A DNA stretch of 64,000 nt from Marinobacter sp. (GCF_041690615.1 NZ_JAWLGY010000004.1:117650-181649); one strand, 5' to 3'; positions 39,214 to 49,847 are shown, counted from the first letter of the stretch. Program-made: numbers and translations. Notes: a model not told the origin generated them from the sequence alone.

Positions 39214-40365
39214 ATGCCCCAGCCCCTGCGCATCGCCGTAACGCCCGGCGACGGAATTGGCCCGGAAGTCGTGACCGAGGCGGTTCACTGCCTGGAACGA
39301 CTGAGGGAGAAACACCAGCTCCCCCTGGAGTGGACTCGGTTCCCCTGGCCCTCCCACGCCTGGCACGAGCAAAACAATGAGGTAATGCCGGCCGATGCGC
39401 TGGAACAGCTGGCGCACTACGACGCCATATTGCTGGGCGCCCTGGGCGACCCGGGCCCGGTGGATGACCCGGACCGGTACCTGCTTTCAGACAGCGTCTC
39501 TCTCGCCCCCCTGCTGGAAATGCGCAAGGGCTTTGACCAGTGGGTGTGTGAGCGGCCAGCGCGACTGTTACCCGGGGCCAGGCAGTATCTGGCCGACGAT
39601 CGGGCCCGGGACATCGACATGCTGGTCATCCGCGAGAACAGTGAAGGGGAGTACGTCGGCCAGGGTGGCCGGCTGCGCCAGGGCACCGAGCACGAAGTGG
39701 CCACCCAGTTGGAGGTCTTCACCCGCCGGGGCACGGAACGCATCATCCGCTACGGTTTCGAGCAGGCCCGCCTTCGGGCTGAAACGAGAAGGGCTGAGGG
39801 CCGGGCCCGGGAGTTCCACGGTCACCATGGTCAGACCAGCGAGAGCCAGGTCTGTGTAATCACCAAGCGAAACGCCCTGCGCTACTGGGGTGACATGTAC
39901 ACCGAGGTCTTTGAGGAGGTTGCCCGGGATTACCCGGATGTGGCCACCCACCACGAACTGATTGATGCCGCCTGCATGAAGTTTGTCCAGGCGCCCTGGG
40001 CGTTTGATGTGGTCGTGGCCAGCAACCTTCAGGGCGATATTCTCACCGACCTGGCGGCAGTACTCTCCGGCGGTATGGGTGTCGCGCCGTCCTGTAACCT
40101 GAACCCTGACAATCCGGCCATGCCTTCGATGTTCGAGCCTACCCACGGCAGCGCACCGGATATTGCCGGCCAGGGCCTGGCCGACCCCACCGCCATGCTG
40201 TTCACTACCGCCCGCATGCTGGAATGGCTGGGGCGTCGTGAACCGGCACTGGCCAGAGCCGGCCAGGAGCTGTTTGACGCCGTCGCCGCAGACCTGGCCG
40301 AGAACGGAGGCAGTCAACGGGATACCCGGGCCATTGGCGATTCAGTGCTGGCCAGGCTGAGGTAA
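39214..40365 (+). CDS. Isocitrate/isopropylmalate/tartrate dehydrogenase family protein
   Basis: PGDGIGPEV, IRENSEGEY, NLQGDILTDL and FEPTHGSAPDIAG motifs. Confidence 0.9.
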   Translation: MPQPLRIAVTPGDGIGPEVVTEAVHCLERLREKHQLPLEWTRFPWPSHAWHEQNNEVMPADALEQLAHYDAILLGALGDPGPVDDPDRYLLSDSVSLAPLLEMRKGFDQWVCERPARLLPGARQYLADDRARDIDMLVIRENSEGEYVGQGGRLRQGTEHEVATQLEVFTRRGTERIIRYGFEQARLRAETRRAEGRAREFHGHHGQTSESQVCVITKRNALRYWGDMYTEVFEEVARDYPDVATHHELIDAACMKFVQAPWAFDVVVASNLQGDILTDLAAVLSGGMGVAPSCNLNPDNPAMPSMFEPTHGSAPDIAGQGLADPTAMLFTTARMLEWLGRREPALARAGQELFDAVAADLAENGGSQRDTRAIGDSVLARLR

Positions 40366-40490
40366 CCAAAGGGTGCAACTTGCTGCGGGTCCGTGGCAGA
40401 ATCCCCACCCATTGATCCGCCGGGCCGTGTGGATGTCCTCCGGGACATCACCGGTGCCGGTCCCACGGCGAACAGGAACTTGAGGTTTTG

Positions 40491-41102
40491 ATGGGCAACC
40501 CTGCAGTTATTGGCCTGACCGGCGGCATAGGAAGCGGAAAATCGACAGTGGCAAAGATGTTCGGCGCACTGGGTGTGCACTGGGTCGACGCCGATATCGT
40601 GGCCCGGGAAGTAGTGGAGCCGGGCACCCCGGCACTGGAGCAGATCGCCAAGCACTTTGGCGACGAGATTCTTCAAGCTGATGGCCGGCTCGACAGGGCC
40701 GCCCTGCGCACTATCGTATTCAGGGACCCGAACGAACGGGAGTGGCTGGAAGCCCTGCTTCATCCGACCATCCGGGATGAGCTGGCCCGCCAGCTGCAGC
40801 CTGACAATTACGAGCTGCCTTACGTGTTACTGGTATCTCCACTGCTGCTCGAGACGGATCAGCATACGCTGGCGAAGCAAGCAATCGTCGTGGACGTGCC
40901 GGAGGAGACCCAGATCGAGCGCACCATGAGCCGCGACAGTAACGACCGCGACCAGGTGGAGCGGATTATCGCTGCCCAGATGCCCCGGGAACACCGGCTG
41001 GCGCGGGCTGATTACATTATCCATAACGACCGCCCGCTCGCCGAGGTGGAGCAGCAGGTGCAGGAACTGCACCGTCAACTCCTGGATAGCTGTCGGGGTT
41101 AG
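40491..41102 (+). CDS. coaE: Dephospho-CoA kinase
   Basis: GLTGGIGSGKS, DADIVAR and LHP motifs. Confidence 0.95.
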   Translation: MGNPAVIGLTGGIGSGKSTVAKMFGALGVHWVDADIVAREVVEPGTPALEQIAKHFGDEILQADGRLDRAALRTIVFRDPNEREWLEALLHPTIRDELARQLQPDNYELPYVLLVSPLLLETDQHTLAKQAIVVDVPEETQIERTMSRDSNDRDQVERIIAAQMPREHRLARADYIIHNDRPLAEVEQQVQELHRQLLDSCRG

Positions 41103-41108
41103 ACACAG

Positions 41109-42170
41109 GTGCACCTTCGATCCATCTGCTTGCAATACCTGCTGCCGGTACTGGCCTTTACCCTGGCTATTGGCCCGGGCACGGCACCGGCCCAGACCGC
41201 CGCCGATATCCTTTCACCAGAGACACTGCCGGCCGATTTCTACACTTTTACTCCGGATGAGTTCTGGCGGGAGCCCCGGGACTCCTACTGGATGAGCTTC
41301 TCCAACTGGGTTATCCGCCAGGAACACGCTCAATCCGAACGCATTCAGGCGCTGGGCGCCTGGGCGGACCGTACACTCTCCGGTAACCCCCGCGCCCTGC
41401 CCGGCAACGAAAGTTACCTGAGGCTGGGACTGGCAGCCGAATCCGAAACCGGCAAACTGGCAAGCATTGAGCCGGAAGCCCGGTTCCGGCTTGACCTGCC
41501 CACCGCCGAGGAACAGCTCAGGGTGGTCCTGGAGAGCGAGAGTGACGAGCTGATCCCCCTCGGCGAGCGCCGGCGCAGCCGCCAGCTTACCGACGACCAG
41601 CGCTCCGACAGCGATGCCACCGGGGCCCTGCGCTATCTGTCGGTAATCTCGGACACCATCAATCTGAGCAACGACATCGGCGCCCGTCTGCGATTTCCAC
41701 CGGATGCTTTCTGGCGGGCCACGGCAAGGGGCGACTGGCAACTTTCCGACTGGCGCCTGGGTGCCCGTCAGCGGGTCTACTATTTCCATCAGGACGGGTG
41801 GGGCGCATCCACCTGGCTGGGATTCGGCAAGGACATCGGTGGCGGCTGGACCTTTCTGGCCAGCTCAGAGGCTGTCTGGGTGCACGATGAACGCCAGTTC
41901 GACCTGGCCCAGATCCTGGATTTTCACAAGCGGATCAATAATCGTTCAGAACTGAACCCCCGGCTGGGCGTACTCGGTGAAAACCAGCCAAACTGGCGAC
42001 ATACCGGCTACTTCGCCGACCTTACCTGGCGCTACCGCCTCTACCAGGACTGGTTGTACGGTGAAGTTATCCCGTCAGTGGAGTTTCAGCGGGATAACGA
42101 CTTCAAGGAACATACCGCCCTCCTTGTGAGGCTGGAGATGTTCTTTTCCGGCAGTATTCTGTCTCGCTGA
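41109..42170 (+). CDS. Hypothetical exported protein, probable outer-membrane beta-barrel
   Basis: Signal peptide; C-terminal alternating aromatic/hydrophobic strands. Confidence 0.65.
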   Translation: MHLRSICLQYLLPVLAFTLAIGPGTAPAQTAADILSPETLPADFYTFTPDEFWREPRDSYWMSFSNWVIRQEHAQSERIQALGAWADRTLSGNPRALPGNESYLRLGLAAESETGKLASIEPEARFRLDLPTAEEQLRVVLESESDELIPLGERRRSRQLTDDQRSDSDATGALRYLSVISDTINLSNDIGARLRFPPDAFWRATARGDWQLSDWRLGARQRVYYFHQDGWGASTWLGFGKDIGGGWTFLASSEAVWVHDERQFDLAQILDFHKRINNRSELNPRLGVLGENQPNWRHTGYFADLTWRYRLYQDWLYGEVIPSVEFQRDNDFKEHTALLVRLEMFFSGSILSR

Positions 42171-42196
42171 CGATTTGCACAAACCCGGGAGCAACC

Positions 42197-42931
42197 GTGC
42201 CACGCCACCCCACCCGACCCGCCGACGAGGCACTCACACTGACTCCGGTCGCCATTACCCGATCCTGTTTCCGGGACAAGTTCGGTGTTCCCCGCCAGCC
42301 CGGCCTGACCCGACACGCCTGGGCAGAACTGGTGATCTGTCAGCCCTACAACCGGGAAGACGCTTTTCGTGGCCTGGAAACCTGCAGTCACCTTTGGCTG
42401 ACCTTCCAGTTTCACGAGGCCGTGCGTGCAGAGTGGCGCCCCGTCGTACGTCCGCCAAGGCTGGGTGGTAACCGCAAGATCGGCGTCTTCGCCAGTCGTT
42501 CGCCCTTTCGTCCCAACAGCCTGGGGCTGTCAGTGGTTCGCAACGAAGGTCTGACCCGGCGGGACGGCGAGCTGATCCTACGGATCCGCGACCACGACCT
42601 GATTGACGGCACCCCTGTCCTCGACATCAAGCCCTATCTTCCCTTTGCCGATGCCATACCCGATGCCCGCGTTGGCTGGGCGGGTGAAACCGCGCCAGAT
42701 CGCCTTCCGGTCCACTTCTCCGACGAAGCCGTGGCACAACTTGCTGCCCTTCCGGTGGAGCGCTACCCTGATCTGAAAGGGTTGATCGAAGATGTGACCT
42801 GCTACGACCCCAGGCCCTCGTTCCGCCGGGGCCGGCAGGACGAAGACCGGATTTACGGAGCACATCTATATGACCTGAATGTCCGATTCAGGTTTGACGC
42901 GGTCGGTGTTGTTATATTGACAGTCTGTTAG
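42197..42931 (+). CDS. tsaA: tRNA t6A37 N6-methyltransferase TrmO
   Basis: KFGVPRQPGL, VRPPRLGGN..GVFASRSPFRPN and GTPVLDIKPY motifs. Confidence 0.93.
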   Translation: MPRHPTRPADEALTLTPVAITRSCFRDKFGVPRQPGLTRHAWAELVICQPYNREDAFRGLETCSHLWLTFQFHEAVRAEWRPVVRPPRLGGNRKIGVFASRSPFRPNSLGLSVVRNEGLTRRDGELILRIRDHDLIDGTPVLDIKPYLPFADAIPDARVGWAGETAPDRLPVHFSDEAVAQLAALPVERYPDLKGLIEDVTCYDPRPSFRRGRQDEDRIYGAHLYDLNVRFRFDAVGVVILTVC

Positions 42932-42970
42932 ACTGCCCAACGGAATTCTGTATCACAGGGAACATGCGCC

Positions 42971-45352
42971 TTGTCTGCATCCAGAGTGATTGCTGCCCTG
43001 ACCCGAACGCTCGGTGTCCGGCCGCTGGCCGCACGCCTGCTGGTCTATGTATTGCTTTTCAGCCTGGTGGTCTCGCTGGTGGCCACCGGATTGCAGCTGG
43101 CCGGTGAAACCAGCCGCCGCGTTGACGAGATTCGTAACCTCCAGCAGAAAACCGCCGAGATCATCGAAGGTAACCTCAGCCAGCAGCTATGGCTGATGAA
43201 CTTCAACGAGGTGGAAAAAACCCTGAACGACCTTCTGGCCTTCGAGGTTATCCAGCACGCCGAGATCACCACTACCAACGGCCAGCAGTTCAGCATCGGC
43301 GACTACCCGGAAGGGGACATCATCAGCTACGAACATCCCTTGCGCATCACTGGCTCCCAAATAATGGGTACACCCGCCCTCGGCCGCCTGATCCTGAACT
43401 CCTCCGCTGACCAGGTCCAGGCTGCAGTACGGGACCGTGCACTCATCCTGCTGCTGTTCCAGTCCATCGTGGTCATGCTGGGTACTCTGGGCCTGTTGCT
43501 GATCGTTCGATTCATGCTCTCCCGCCATCTGGAGACTATGGCCGCCTATACCACGCGGCTCAACCTGGACGCACTGATCGAGCCACTTCGCCTTCAGCGC
43601 AAACCACCGGCGCGCCCGGACGAACTCAGCGAGATGGAACAGGCCCTGAACCAGATGCGGGAACGCCTGCTGGAGGAAACCCGGGATCTGCGCCAGACCA
43701 GCCGGCAATCCATGGACGAACGGGACGAGGCTGTTCGCGCCAACCATGCCAAGAACCTGTTCCTGGCCAACCTCAGCCACGAGTTGCGGATTCCCCTGCA
43801 GTCGGTGCTGGGCTATGCCAGCCTGCTCCAGGATACCCGCCTCGATCAGGAACAGCGTGACTATGTGGGCACGCTGCTCAATGCAGCCGAGGGGCTGTCG
43901 GCTATCATCAACGACCTGCTGGACATTTCCAGCATTGAGGCCGGCAAGCTGGAGCTGGATGAAATCCCGTTTGACCTGCGCGAAACCCTCAACGACCTGG
44001 TCAGCATGCTCGGTCCACGGGCCCGCGAGAAGGGCCTGGCGCTGGAACTCAGGGTGGATGACAACCTGCCAGGCCAGGTAATGGGTGACCCCATCCGCAT
44101 CCGGCAAATCCTGCTGAACCTGACCTCCAATGCTATCCTGTACACCGACTCCGGCCATGTGCTGATCAGCGCCGAGCTTCTCGGCCGCAAGGGAAGCCGT
44201 GCCCAGCTGCGCCTATCGGTGGAAGATACCGGCACCGGCATCAGTGCCGACAACCTGCCACTGATCTTCGAGCCCTACGTACAGTTTGACGCCCGTGCCC
44301 GACGCCAGCTTCCGGGCGCCGGCCTCGGACTGACCATCTGCCGTCAGCTGGTGAGCCTGATGGACGGCCACCTGGACGTGGAAAGCGCCCCCGGTGAGGG
44401 CTCCACCTTCTGGGTAGAGCTCTCTCTGGCGGAAACCCGCCAGGGCCAGCCCAGAAGCCGCACCAGTCTCGGGCACGTCCGCGACCGGCACATTCTGGTG
44501 GTGGATTCCTATGCCCTGTCCCGCAAGATTACGCTGGAAATGCTGTCACGGCTGGAGGTGGACATCGAGGCGGTCCGGTCAGGGGCCGAAGTTCTCACCG
44601 CCCTGGTCACTGCCGAAGAAGCAGGAACCCCCTTCGACGCCATAATCCTCGACGGTTTCGTGCCGGATATGGAGAGTGATCTGCTATGCCGCAAGATCCG
44701 GGAGAATCCGGCCTGGCGGGAAACCCGGGTTTTCATCCTGTCCGCCAACCCCCAGCGCGGTGATGGCGAGCATTTCCGTGACGCCGGTGCCGACGCCTTC
44801 CTCAGCAAGGCCCTGCGGGAATCCCGCCTGGCCCCCATGCTCAACCAGCTGTTTGAGGACAAGGACCGGGGCCAGCGGCGATTCCTGACCCGCTTCTCGC
44901 TGCAGGCACCCATGGCGCCCCTGCCCGTTCCGGCCCCGCTGCCCTGTGGCCCGATGCGGGTGTTGCTGGCGGAGGACAACCCGGTGAACCGCGCCCTGAC
45001 CCAACGGCTGCTGGAAAAACTGGGGTGCCGGGTGACCACCGCGACCGACGGCCAGGAAGCCCTCCAGACCTGGCAGAGCGGAACATTTGACCTCCTGTTG
45101 ATGGACTGTGTAATGCCCCATATGGACGGCTATGAAGCCACCAGGCAACTGCGGGAGCAGGAGGCCAGCACCGGGGCCGGCCACACCCCCGTAATTGCCC
45201 TGACTGCCAGTGCCATGGAACAGGACGAGGAACGCAGCCGCCAGGCAGGCATGGATATGTTCGTTGCCAAGCCGGTGAACATCGACATGCTGAGGGCAGT
45301 TCTGGAACAATACTGTACGGAATACCAACCTGAAACTGCGCGAGAAACCTGA
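42971..45352 (+). CDS. Hybrid sensor histidine kinase (2 TM, HAMP, HisKA, HATPase, two REC)
   Basis: SHELRIPL H-box, DTGTGI, GAGLGL; REC domains ILDG and LMDCVMP; no Hpt seen. Confidence 0.92.
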   Translation: MSASRVIAALTRTLGVRPLAARLLVYVLLFSLVVSLVATGLQLAGETSRRVDEIRNLQQKTAEIIEGNLSQQLWLMNFNEVEKTLNDLLAFEVIQHAEITTTNGQQFSIGDYPEGDIISYEHPLRITGSQIMGTPALGRLILNSSADQVQAAVRDRALILLLFQSIVVMLGTLGLLLIVRFMLSRHLETMAAYTTRLNLDALIEPLRLQRKPPARPDELSEMEQALNQMRERLLEETRDLRQTSRQSMDERDEAVRANHAKNLFLANLSHELRIPLQSVLGYASLLQDTRLDQEQRDYVGTLLNAAEGLSAIINDLLDISSIEAGKLELDEIPFDLRETLNDLVSMLGPRAREKGLALELRVDDNLPGQVMGDPIRIRQILLNLTSNAILYTDSGHVLISAELLGRKGSRAQLRLSVEDTGTGISADNLPLIFEPYVQFDARARRQLPGAGLGLTICRQLVSLMDGHLDVESAPGEGSTFWVELSLAETRQGQPRSRTSLGHVRDRHILVVDSYALSRKITLEMLSRLEVDIEAVRSGAEVLTALVTAEEAGTPFDAIILDGFVPDMESDLLCRKIRENPAWRETRVFILSANPQRGDGEHFRDAGADAFLSKALRESRLAPMLNQLFEDKDRGQRRFLTRFSLQAPMAPLPVPAPLPCGPMRVLLAEDNPVNRALTQRLLEKLGCRVTTATDGQEALQTWQSGTFDLLLMDCVMPHMDGYEATRQLREQEASTGAGHTPVIALTASAMEQDEERSRQAGMDMFVAKPVNIDMLRAVLEQYCTEYQPETARET

Positions 45353-45555
45353 TGTATGTAGATTGCCCCACCTGCAAAACACCCGTCGAATGGAGTGACA
45401 GTAACCCGCACCGCCCTTTCTGCTCTGACCGCTGCCGCCTCATTGACCTGGGCGCCTGGGCCAGCGAGGACTACCGTATCCCCTCCCAGCAGCCTGTTTC
45501 AGAAGACGACCTGCTCGAGTCACTGCACCAGCAGGATGCCGACAAGCCACACTGA
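45352..45555 (+). CDS. yacG: DNA gyrase inhibitor YacG
   Basis: CPTC...[15 protein letters not shown]. Confidence 0.93.
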   Translation: MYVDCPTCKTPVEWSDSNPHRPFCSDRCRLIDLGAWASEDYRIPSQQPVSEDDLLESLHQQDADKPH

Positions 45556-45672
45556 ACTCCTTATTGCTGAACGGACTTTAAGTTGAGCAGCACTGGCAGC
45601 GCCGGTAGTATGCTGGGGCGTTACCGAGATTCCGATAAAAATGCTCCAACCAACTTTCAGAGGTATCCCATC

Positions 45673-46242
45673 ATGCTGTTCAGGACTTCTGCCATTGCCC
45701 TGCCTGTCATGCTTTCACTGGCAGCTGCACCGGCCCTTGCTGCGGACGCGGACTTCAGCCTGACCAATGAATCCGTCAAAGGCCAGATGAACTTCTTCGA
45801 CTCCCGCTCGGACATCCAGGCAGGCGCAGGCTACACCTATCACGAAGGCAGCCGTCACCTGATCAATGGCGACTTCCATGCCCAGGGCCGCACGGCACTC
45901 GGCAACCTGCCCACCACGGCCGGTATCGGTTTCCGTGGCGTCGCCTGGGACGACGATGACGACCTGGACGGAGGCGCAGTTGGCATTGGCGGTTTCGCTA
46001 CCGTGAACATTCCCGATGTGCCCGGCCTGTCATTTACCGGCAGCGCTCACTATGCCCCCAGCATCCTGTCGTTCGGTGACTCGGATGACCTGACCAACCT
46101 GGAATTGCGAGCCAGCTATCGCGTCATCCGCAACGCGGATGTATTTGCCGGTTACCGGTACATCAACACTGATCTGGATGACAGCAACGGCGATATCAAC
46201 CTGGATGAAGGTGTACTCGCCGGCATCAAGATCTTCTTCTGA
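45673..46242 (+). CDS. YfaZ family outer-membrane protein
   Basis: Signal peptide; YAPSILSFGD; C-terminal Phe. Confidence 0.8.
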   Translation: MLFRTSAIALPVMLSLAAAPALAADADFSLTNESVKGQMNFFDSRSDIQAGAGYTYHEGSRHLINGDFHAQGRTALGNLPTTAGIGFRGVAWDDDDDLDGGAVGIGGFATVNIPDVPGLSFTGSAHYAPSILSFGDSDDLTNLELRASYRVIRNADVFAGYRYINTDLDDSNGDINLDEGVLAGIKIFF

Positions 46243-46316
46243 TACAAACCTGAACAGAATTGTCTTCGTAGTCACTGGTACACTCCCGAGGACCGGAACC
46301 AGCTACGAGGATTCGA

Positions 46317-47240
46317 ATGTCTGCAGGTTTAAGAAGTCTGATGTTGTTTGTGCCCCTGTTGGCGACCGCGCTCTGGGGCACACTTTACTCTCCTCCCCCC
46401 CTGGAATTGCCCGGGCCGGACGATGATATCGAGCTGGTCACCCTGCCCGGCCTCCCGGACTGGGTTCTGGACCCGCTGCCCAATTTCGACCTGTACCAGG
46501 ACGTGACCGAGAAAAAGGCCGCCTTTTTTTCGTACCTGTACAGCCGTACTGTACTGGTAAACAGTCGTATCCTGCTGGAGCGACAGCACCTGCGTCATCT
46601 GCAGGCCAAAGCGTCCCTTGATGACAGTGACAAGGAATGGCTTGCTGCCCAGGCGGAGCGTCTGAGAGTGGATGAAGATAACGGCAGCGACGAAATGTTC
46701 CGGTTGCTGCTCCGGCGGCTGGATACCGTGCCGCCGTCGCTGGTACTGGCCCAGGCCGCCAACGAATCGGCCTGGGGCACCTCGCGGTTTGCCCGAGAAG
46801 GCAACAACCTGTTTGGTCAGTGGTGTTTTTCCCCCGGCTGCGGGCTGGTTCCCCTCAACCGCCCGGAGGGGGCCAGCCACGAAGTGGCCCGCTTTCGCTC
46901 GGCGTACCATTCGGTCCGCGCCTATGTCCAGAATCTCAATCGCCATCCCAGTTACAAGGCTCTGCGGGACCTTCGGGCAAGCGCCCGCGAGCAGGGCAAA
47001 CACCCTACCGGAGTGCAGCTGGCAGCTGGACTGGGGCACTATTCAGAACGGGGAGAAGCGTATATCCAGGAAATCCGTGGCATGATCCGTCAAAACAACC
47101 TGACATGGTACGACCAGAAGTACCGGGACACCATCGGCAAACGGGACAACATCGAAGGGTTACTGGAGCTGGCCAGGGCACCAGAGGCGCAACTGCAGCC
47201 AGACTATGAGCCGGAACCGGACACGGCATCGGCGGATTGA
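46317..47240 (+). CDS. Glucosaminidase domain protein (Bax-like)
   Basis: LAQAANESAWGTSRFAREGNNLFG, NLNRHPSY and YSERG motifs. Confidence 0.9.
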   Translation: MSAGLRSLMLFVPLLATALWGTLYSPPPLELPGPDDDIELVTLPGLPDWVLDPLPNFDLYQDVTEKKAAFFSYLYSRTVLVNSRILLERQHLRHLQAKASLDDSDKEWLAAQAERLRVDEDNGSDEMFRLLLRRLDTVPPSLVLAQAANESAWGTSRFAREGNNLFGQWCFSPGCGLVPLNRPEGASHEVARFRSAYHSVRAYVQNLNRHPSYKALRDLRASAREQGKHPTGVQLAAGLGHYSERGEAYIQEIRGMIRQNNLTWYDQKYRDTIGKRDNIEGLLELARAPEAQLQPDYEPEPDTASAD

Positions 47241-47243
47241 GCA

Positions 47244-47265
47244 GGCGCCCCGTCACCGGGGCGCC
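47244..47265. terminator. Hairpin between convergent genes
   Basis: GGCGCCCCG-TCAC-CGGGGCGCC. Confidence 0.55.
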
Positions 47266-47271
47266 GTGATG

Positions 47272-48369
47272 TCAGGCCTTGTGAGGGGCCCCCAGGTATT
47301 CCCGGGACTGCATTTCCAGCAGGCGGGACTCGGTCCGCTCGAATTCGAATCCAAGGCGCCCCCCGGCATAGAGCTCGGTGATCGGCGCCTCGGCCGAGAT
47401 GATCACCTTCACATTGCGGTCGTAGAACTCGTCAATCATATTGATGAAACGACGAGCCTGGTCGTCCTTGTCACGTCCCAGCACAGGCACATTCGAGACA
47501 ATAATGGTCTGGAATTCCCGCGCCAACTCAATGTAATCGTTCTGGCTGCGGGGCCCGTCGCAGAGCTCCCGGAACTCGAACCACACCACATCATCAGCAT
47601 GGGCCCGTGCCTGCAATTTGCGGCCATTCACTTCCAGGTTCAGGGAGTGACTGCCGGCTTCCACTGCCAGGCCGTCAAAGCTCCTTTTCAGGCTGATGTC
47701 CGCCTGTTCATCCAGGGGTGAGTGATAGAGCTCCGCCTGTTCCAGGGTCCGCAAACGGTAATCCACGCCGCCGTCCACGTTGACCACATCCGTGTACTTC
47801 TTCACCAGATCAATGGCAGGCAGGAAGCGGGCCCGTTGCAGGCCATCGCGGTAAAGTCCGTCAGGCTGGATATTGGAGGTGCAGACCAGGGTCACACCCC
47901 GACCGAACAGACCATCCATCAGGGTGGCCAGGATCATGGCATCACCAATGTCAGAAACAAAAAACTCGTCAAAGCAGATCACCCGGGCCTCTTCGGCAAA
48001 CCGGGACGCCACCTTCTCAAGGGGATTCTTTTCCCCCTTCAGCTGCTTGAGTTCGTTATGAACCCGCTGCATGAACCGGTGAAAATGCACCCGCATCTTT
48101 CGCTCGAAAGGCAGCGACTCGTAGAAGGTATCCATCAGGTAGGTCTTGCCACGCCCCACGCCACCCCAGAAGTAGAGCCCCTTGACCGGCTCCTCGCGCT
48201 TCTTTCGCACTTTCAGGGTGAACTTCTTCAATGGCCGCGCGCGCTCATTTTCCGCCTGCACCAGACGCTCGTACAGAGACTGCAGCCGTCTTACGGCATC
48301 TTCCTGTGCCGGGTCTCTTTCGAAATCCGGTCGCTCAAGGTCTTGCTGGTATCGTTCCCAGGGTGTCAT
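47272..48369 (-). CDS. zapE: Cell division AFG1-family ATPase ZapE
   Basis: GLYFWGGVGRGKTYLMD, CFDEF and ARRFI motifs. Confidence 0.95.
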   Translation of the reverse strand: MTPWERYQQDLERPDFERDPAQEDAVRRLQSLYERLVQAENERARPLKKFTLKVRKKREEPVKGLYFWGGVGRGKTYLMDTFYESLPFERKMRVHFHRFMQRVHNELKQLKGEKNPLEKVASRFAEEARVICFDEFFVSDIGDAMILATLMDGLFGRGVTLVCTSNIQPDGLYRDGLQRARFLPAIDLVKKYTDVVNVDGGVDYRLRTLEQAELYHSPLDEQADISLKRSFDGLAVEAGSHSLNLEVNGRKLQARAHADDVVWFEFRELCDGPRSQNDYIELAREFQTIIVSNVPVLGRDKDDQARRFINMIDEFYDRNVKVIISAEAPITELYAGGRLGFEFERTESRLLEMQSREYLGAPHKA

Positions 48370-48554
48370 TCAGGGCCTTCCCCTTTCAGGATCAGGTGTC
48401 GGGATGAAAAAATCGGCGCGATATTGTCGCAGATTTACGGAGTTGTCGCCATTTTACGGGGGCCAGCCCCATTAAGACTTCCAGCCCATGGGCAGGCCCG
48501 GGGCTAAACGGGTATACTTCTTTTTATAAGGACTTCCAACAGGACGAGCACTCT

Positions 48555-49001
48555 ATGACTAACCTGATTCTGGCCGCCGTTGCCGCTCTCGCCGTAGGAC
48601 TGATCGTTGGCCTTCTGATTGGCCGTTCCAACCAGGGTTCCACCCTGCGCCAGCGCCGTGCCGAGCAACAGATAGAGGAACTGCGTAACGAGTACACCCG
48701 CTATCAGGCCCAGGTAAACGAACACTTCATGGAGTCGGCCCACCTGCTCCGACGCTTCAACGATGCCTTCCGCGACGTAAACCACCACATGGCACGTGGC
48801 GCCAACCGACTGGCCAACGATGATGAATGGCTGGAAGAACTGGAGCAGGAAAAGCGCCGTGCCCGCCTCACAGGTAACAGTTCAGAATCGGGAGACATGG
48901 CCGAGCCGCCGCGGGACTACGCCCCGAAAAAAGACCCGGAAGAAAAAGGCACCCTCGCGGAGGGGTACGGCCTCACCGACGAAGAAAAAGCCAAAGCCTG
49001 A
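48555..49001 (+). CDS. zapG: YhcB/ZapG (DUF1043) membrane protein
   Basis: N-terminal TM, coiled coil, HF..SA.LL and PPRDYAPK motifs; divergent from zapE. Confidence 0.88.
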   Translation: MTNLILAAVAALAVGLIVGLLIGRSNQGSTLRQRRAEQQIEELRNEYTRYQAQVNEHFMESAHLLRRFNDAFRDVNHHMARGANRLANDDEWLEELEQEKRRARLTGNSSESGDMAEPPRDYAPKKDPEEKGTLAEGYGLTDEEKAKA

Positions 49002-49010
49002 TACCGTGAC

Positions 49011-49038
49011 GCCCCGTCCGGGCTGGCCGGGACGGGGC
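49011..49038. terminator. Hairpin between convergent genes
   Basis: GCCCCGTCC / GGACGGGGC stem. Confidence 0.5.
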
Positions 49039-49103
49039 ATCGCTAGCGGTGGCCTTGTACTAACGAAAGACCACTGCCCTTGGCTGTCGGCCCCTGCCCC
49101 GGC

Positions 49104-49847
49104 CTACACCGGATTGTCGCAATCGATAAAACGGTGCTCGACTCCGAACTCCCTGGCCAGCGCCTCTCCCAGTGCCTGCACACCATAGCGTTCGGTCGCA
49201 TGATGGCCAGCGCCGAAATAATGGATACCGCACTCCCGCGCCGTATGGGTGGTTGGCTCCGAGGCCTCCCCACTGATGTAGACATCAACGCCCGCCTCAA
49301 CGGCCACCGGCAGGAAACCCTGGGCCGCGCCAGTGCACCAGGCCACACGACGGATCGTGTCAGGACCCGCGCCCACATGCAGTGGCTGGCGACCCAGGCG
49401 CTCGGCGAGGTAACCGGCAAACCGGTCAGGTGACATGGCCTCTGCCAGCTCGCCCTCCCAAAGCAGTCCCGACAACGGTCTGGGATTGGCAATGCCCAGC
49501 ACTTCCGCCAGCTGTCGGTTATTGCCATAGTCCGGGTGGTCATCCAGCGGCAGATGATAGGCCACCAGGCTGATATCGTGGGTCAGCAGCGTCTTGATAC
49601 GGGTTTTCTTCATGCCGGTGACTGGCTGGGCCTCCCCTTTCCAGAAGTAGCCGTGATGTACCAGTATCATATCGGCACCGGCCTCAACTGCCTCATCAAT
49701 CAGGGCCTGGGAGGCGGTGACCCCGGTGATGATCCGGTGCACCCGATCCCTGCCCTCCACCTGTAGCCCGTTGGGGCAGTAATCCTGGAAATTCTCCGGC
49801 GTCAGCCAGTTTTCGAGGGTTTTCAGGATGTCGCTTCGCGCGGCCAT
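49104..49847 (-). CDS. Nif3-like dinuclear metal centre protein (YbgI family)
   Basis: DYCPNGLQVEG, HHGYFW, YHLPLD and GHHATE motifs. Confidence 0.93.
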   Translation of the reverse strand: MAARSDILKTLENWLTPENFQDYCPNGLQVEGRDRVHRIITGVTASQALIDEAVEAGADMILVHHGYFWKGEAQPVTGMKKTRIKTLLTHDISLVAYHLPLDDHPDYGNNRQLAEVLGIANPRPLSGLLWEGELAEAMSPDRFAGYLAERLGRQPLHVGAGPDTIRRVAWCTGAAQGFLPVAVEAGVDVYISGEASEPTTHTARECGIHYFGAGHHATERYGVQALGEALAREFGVEHRFIDCDNPV

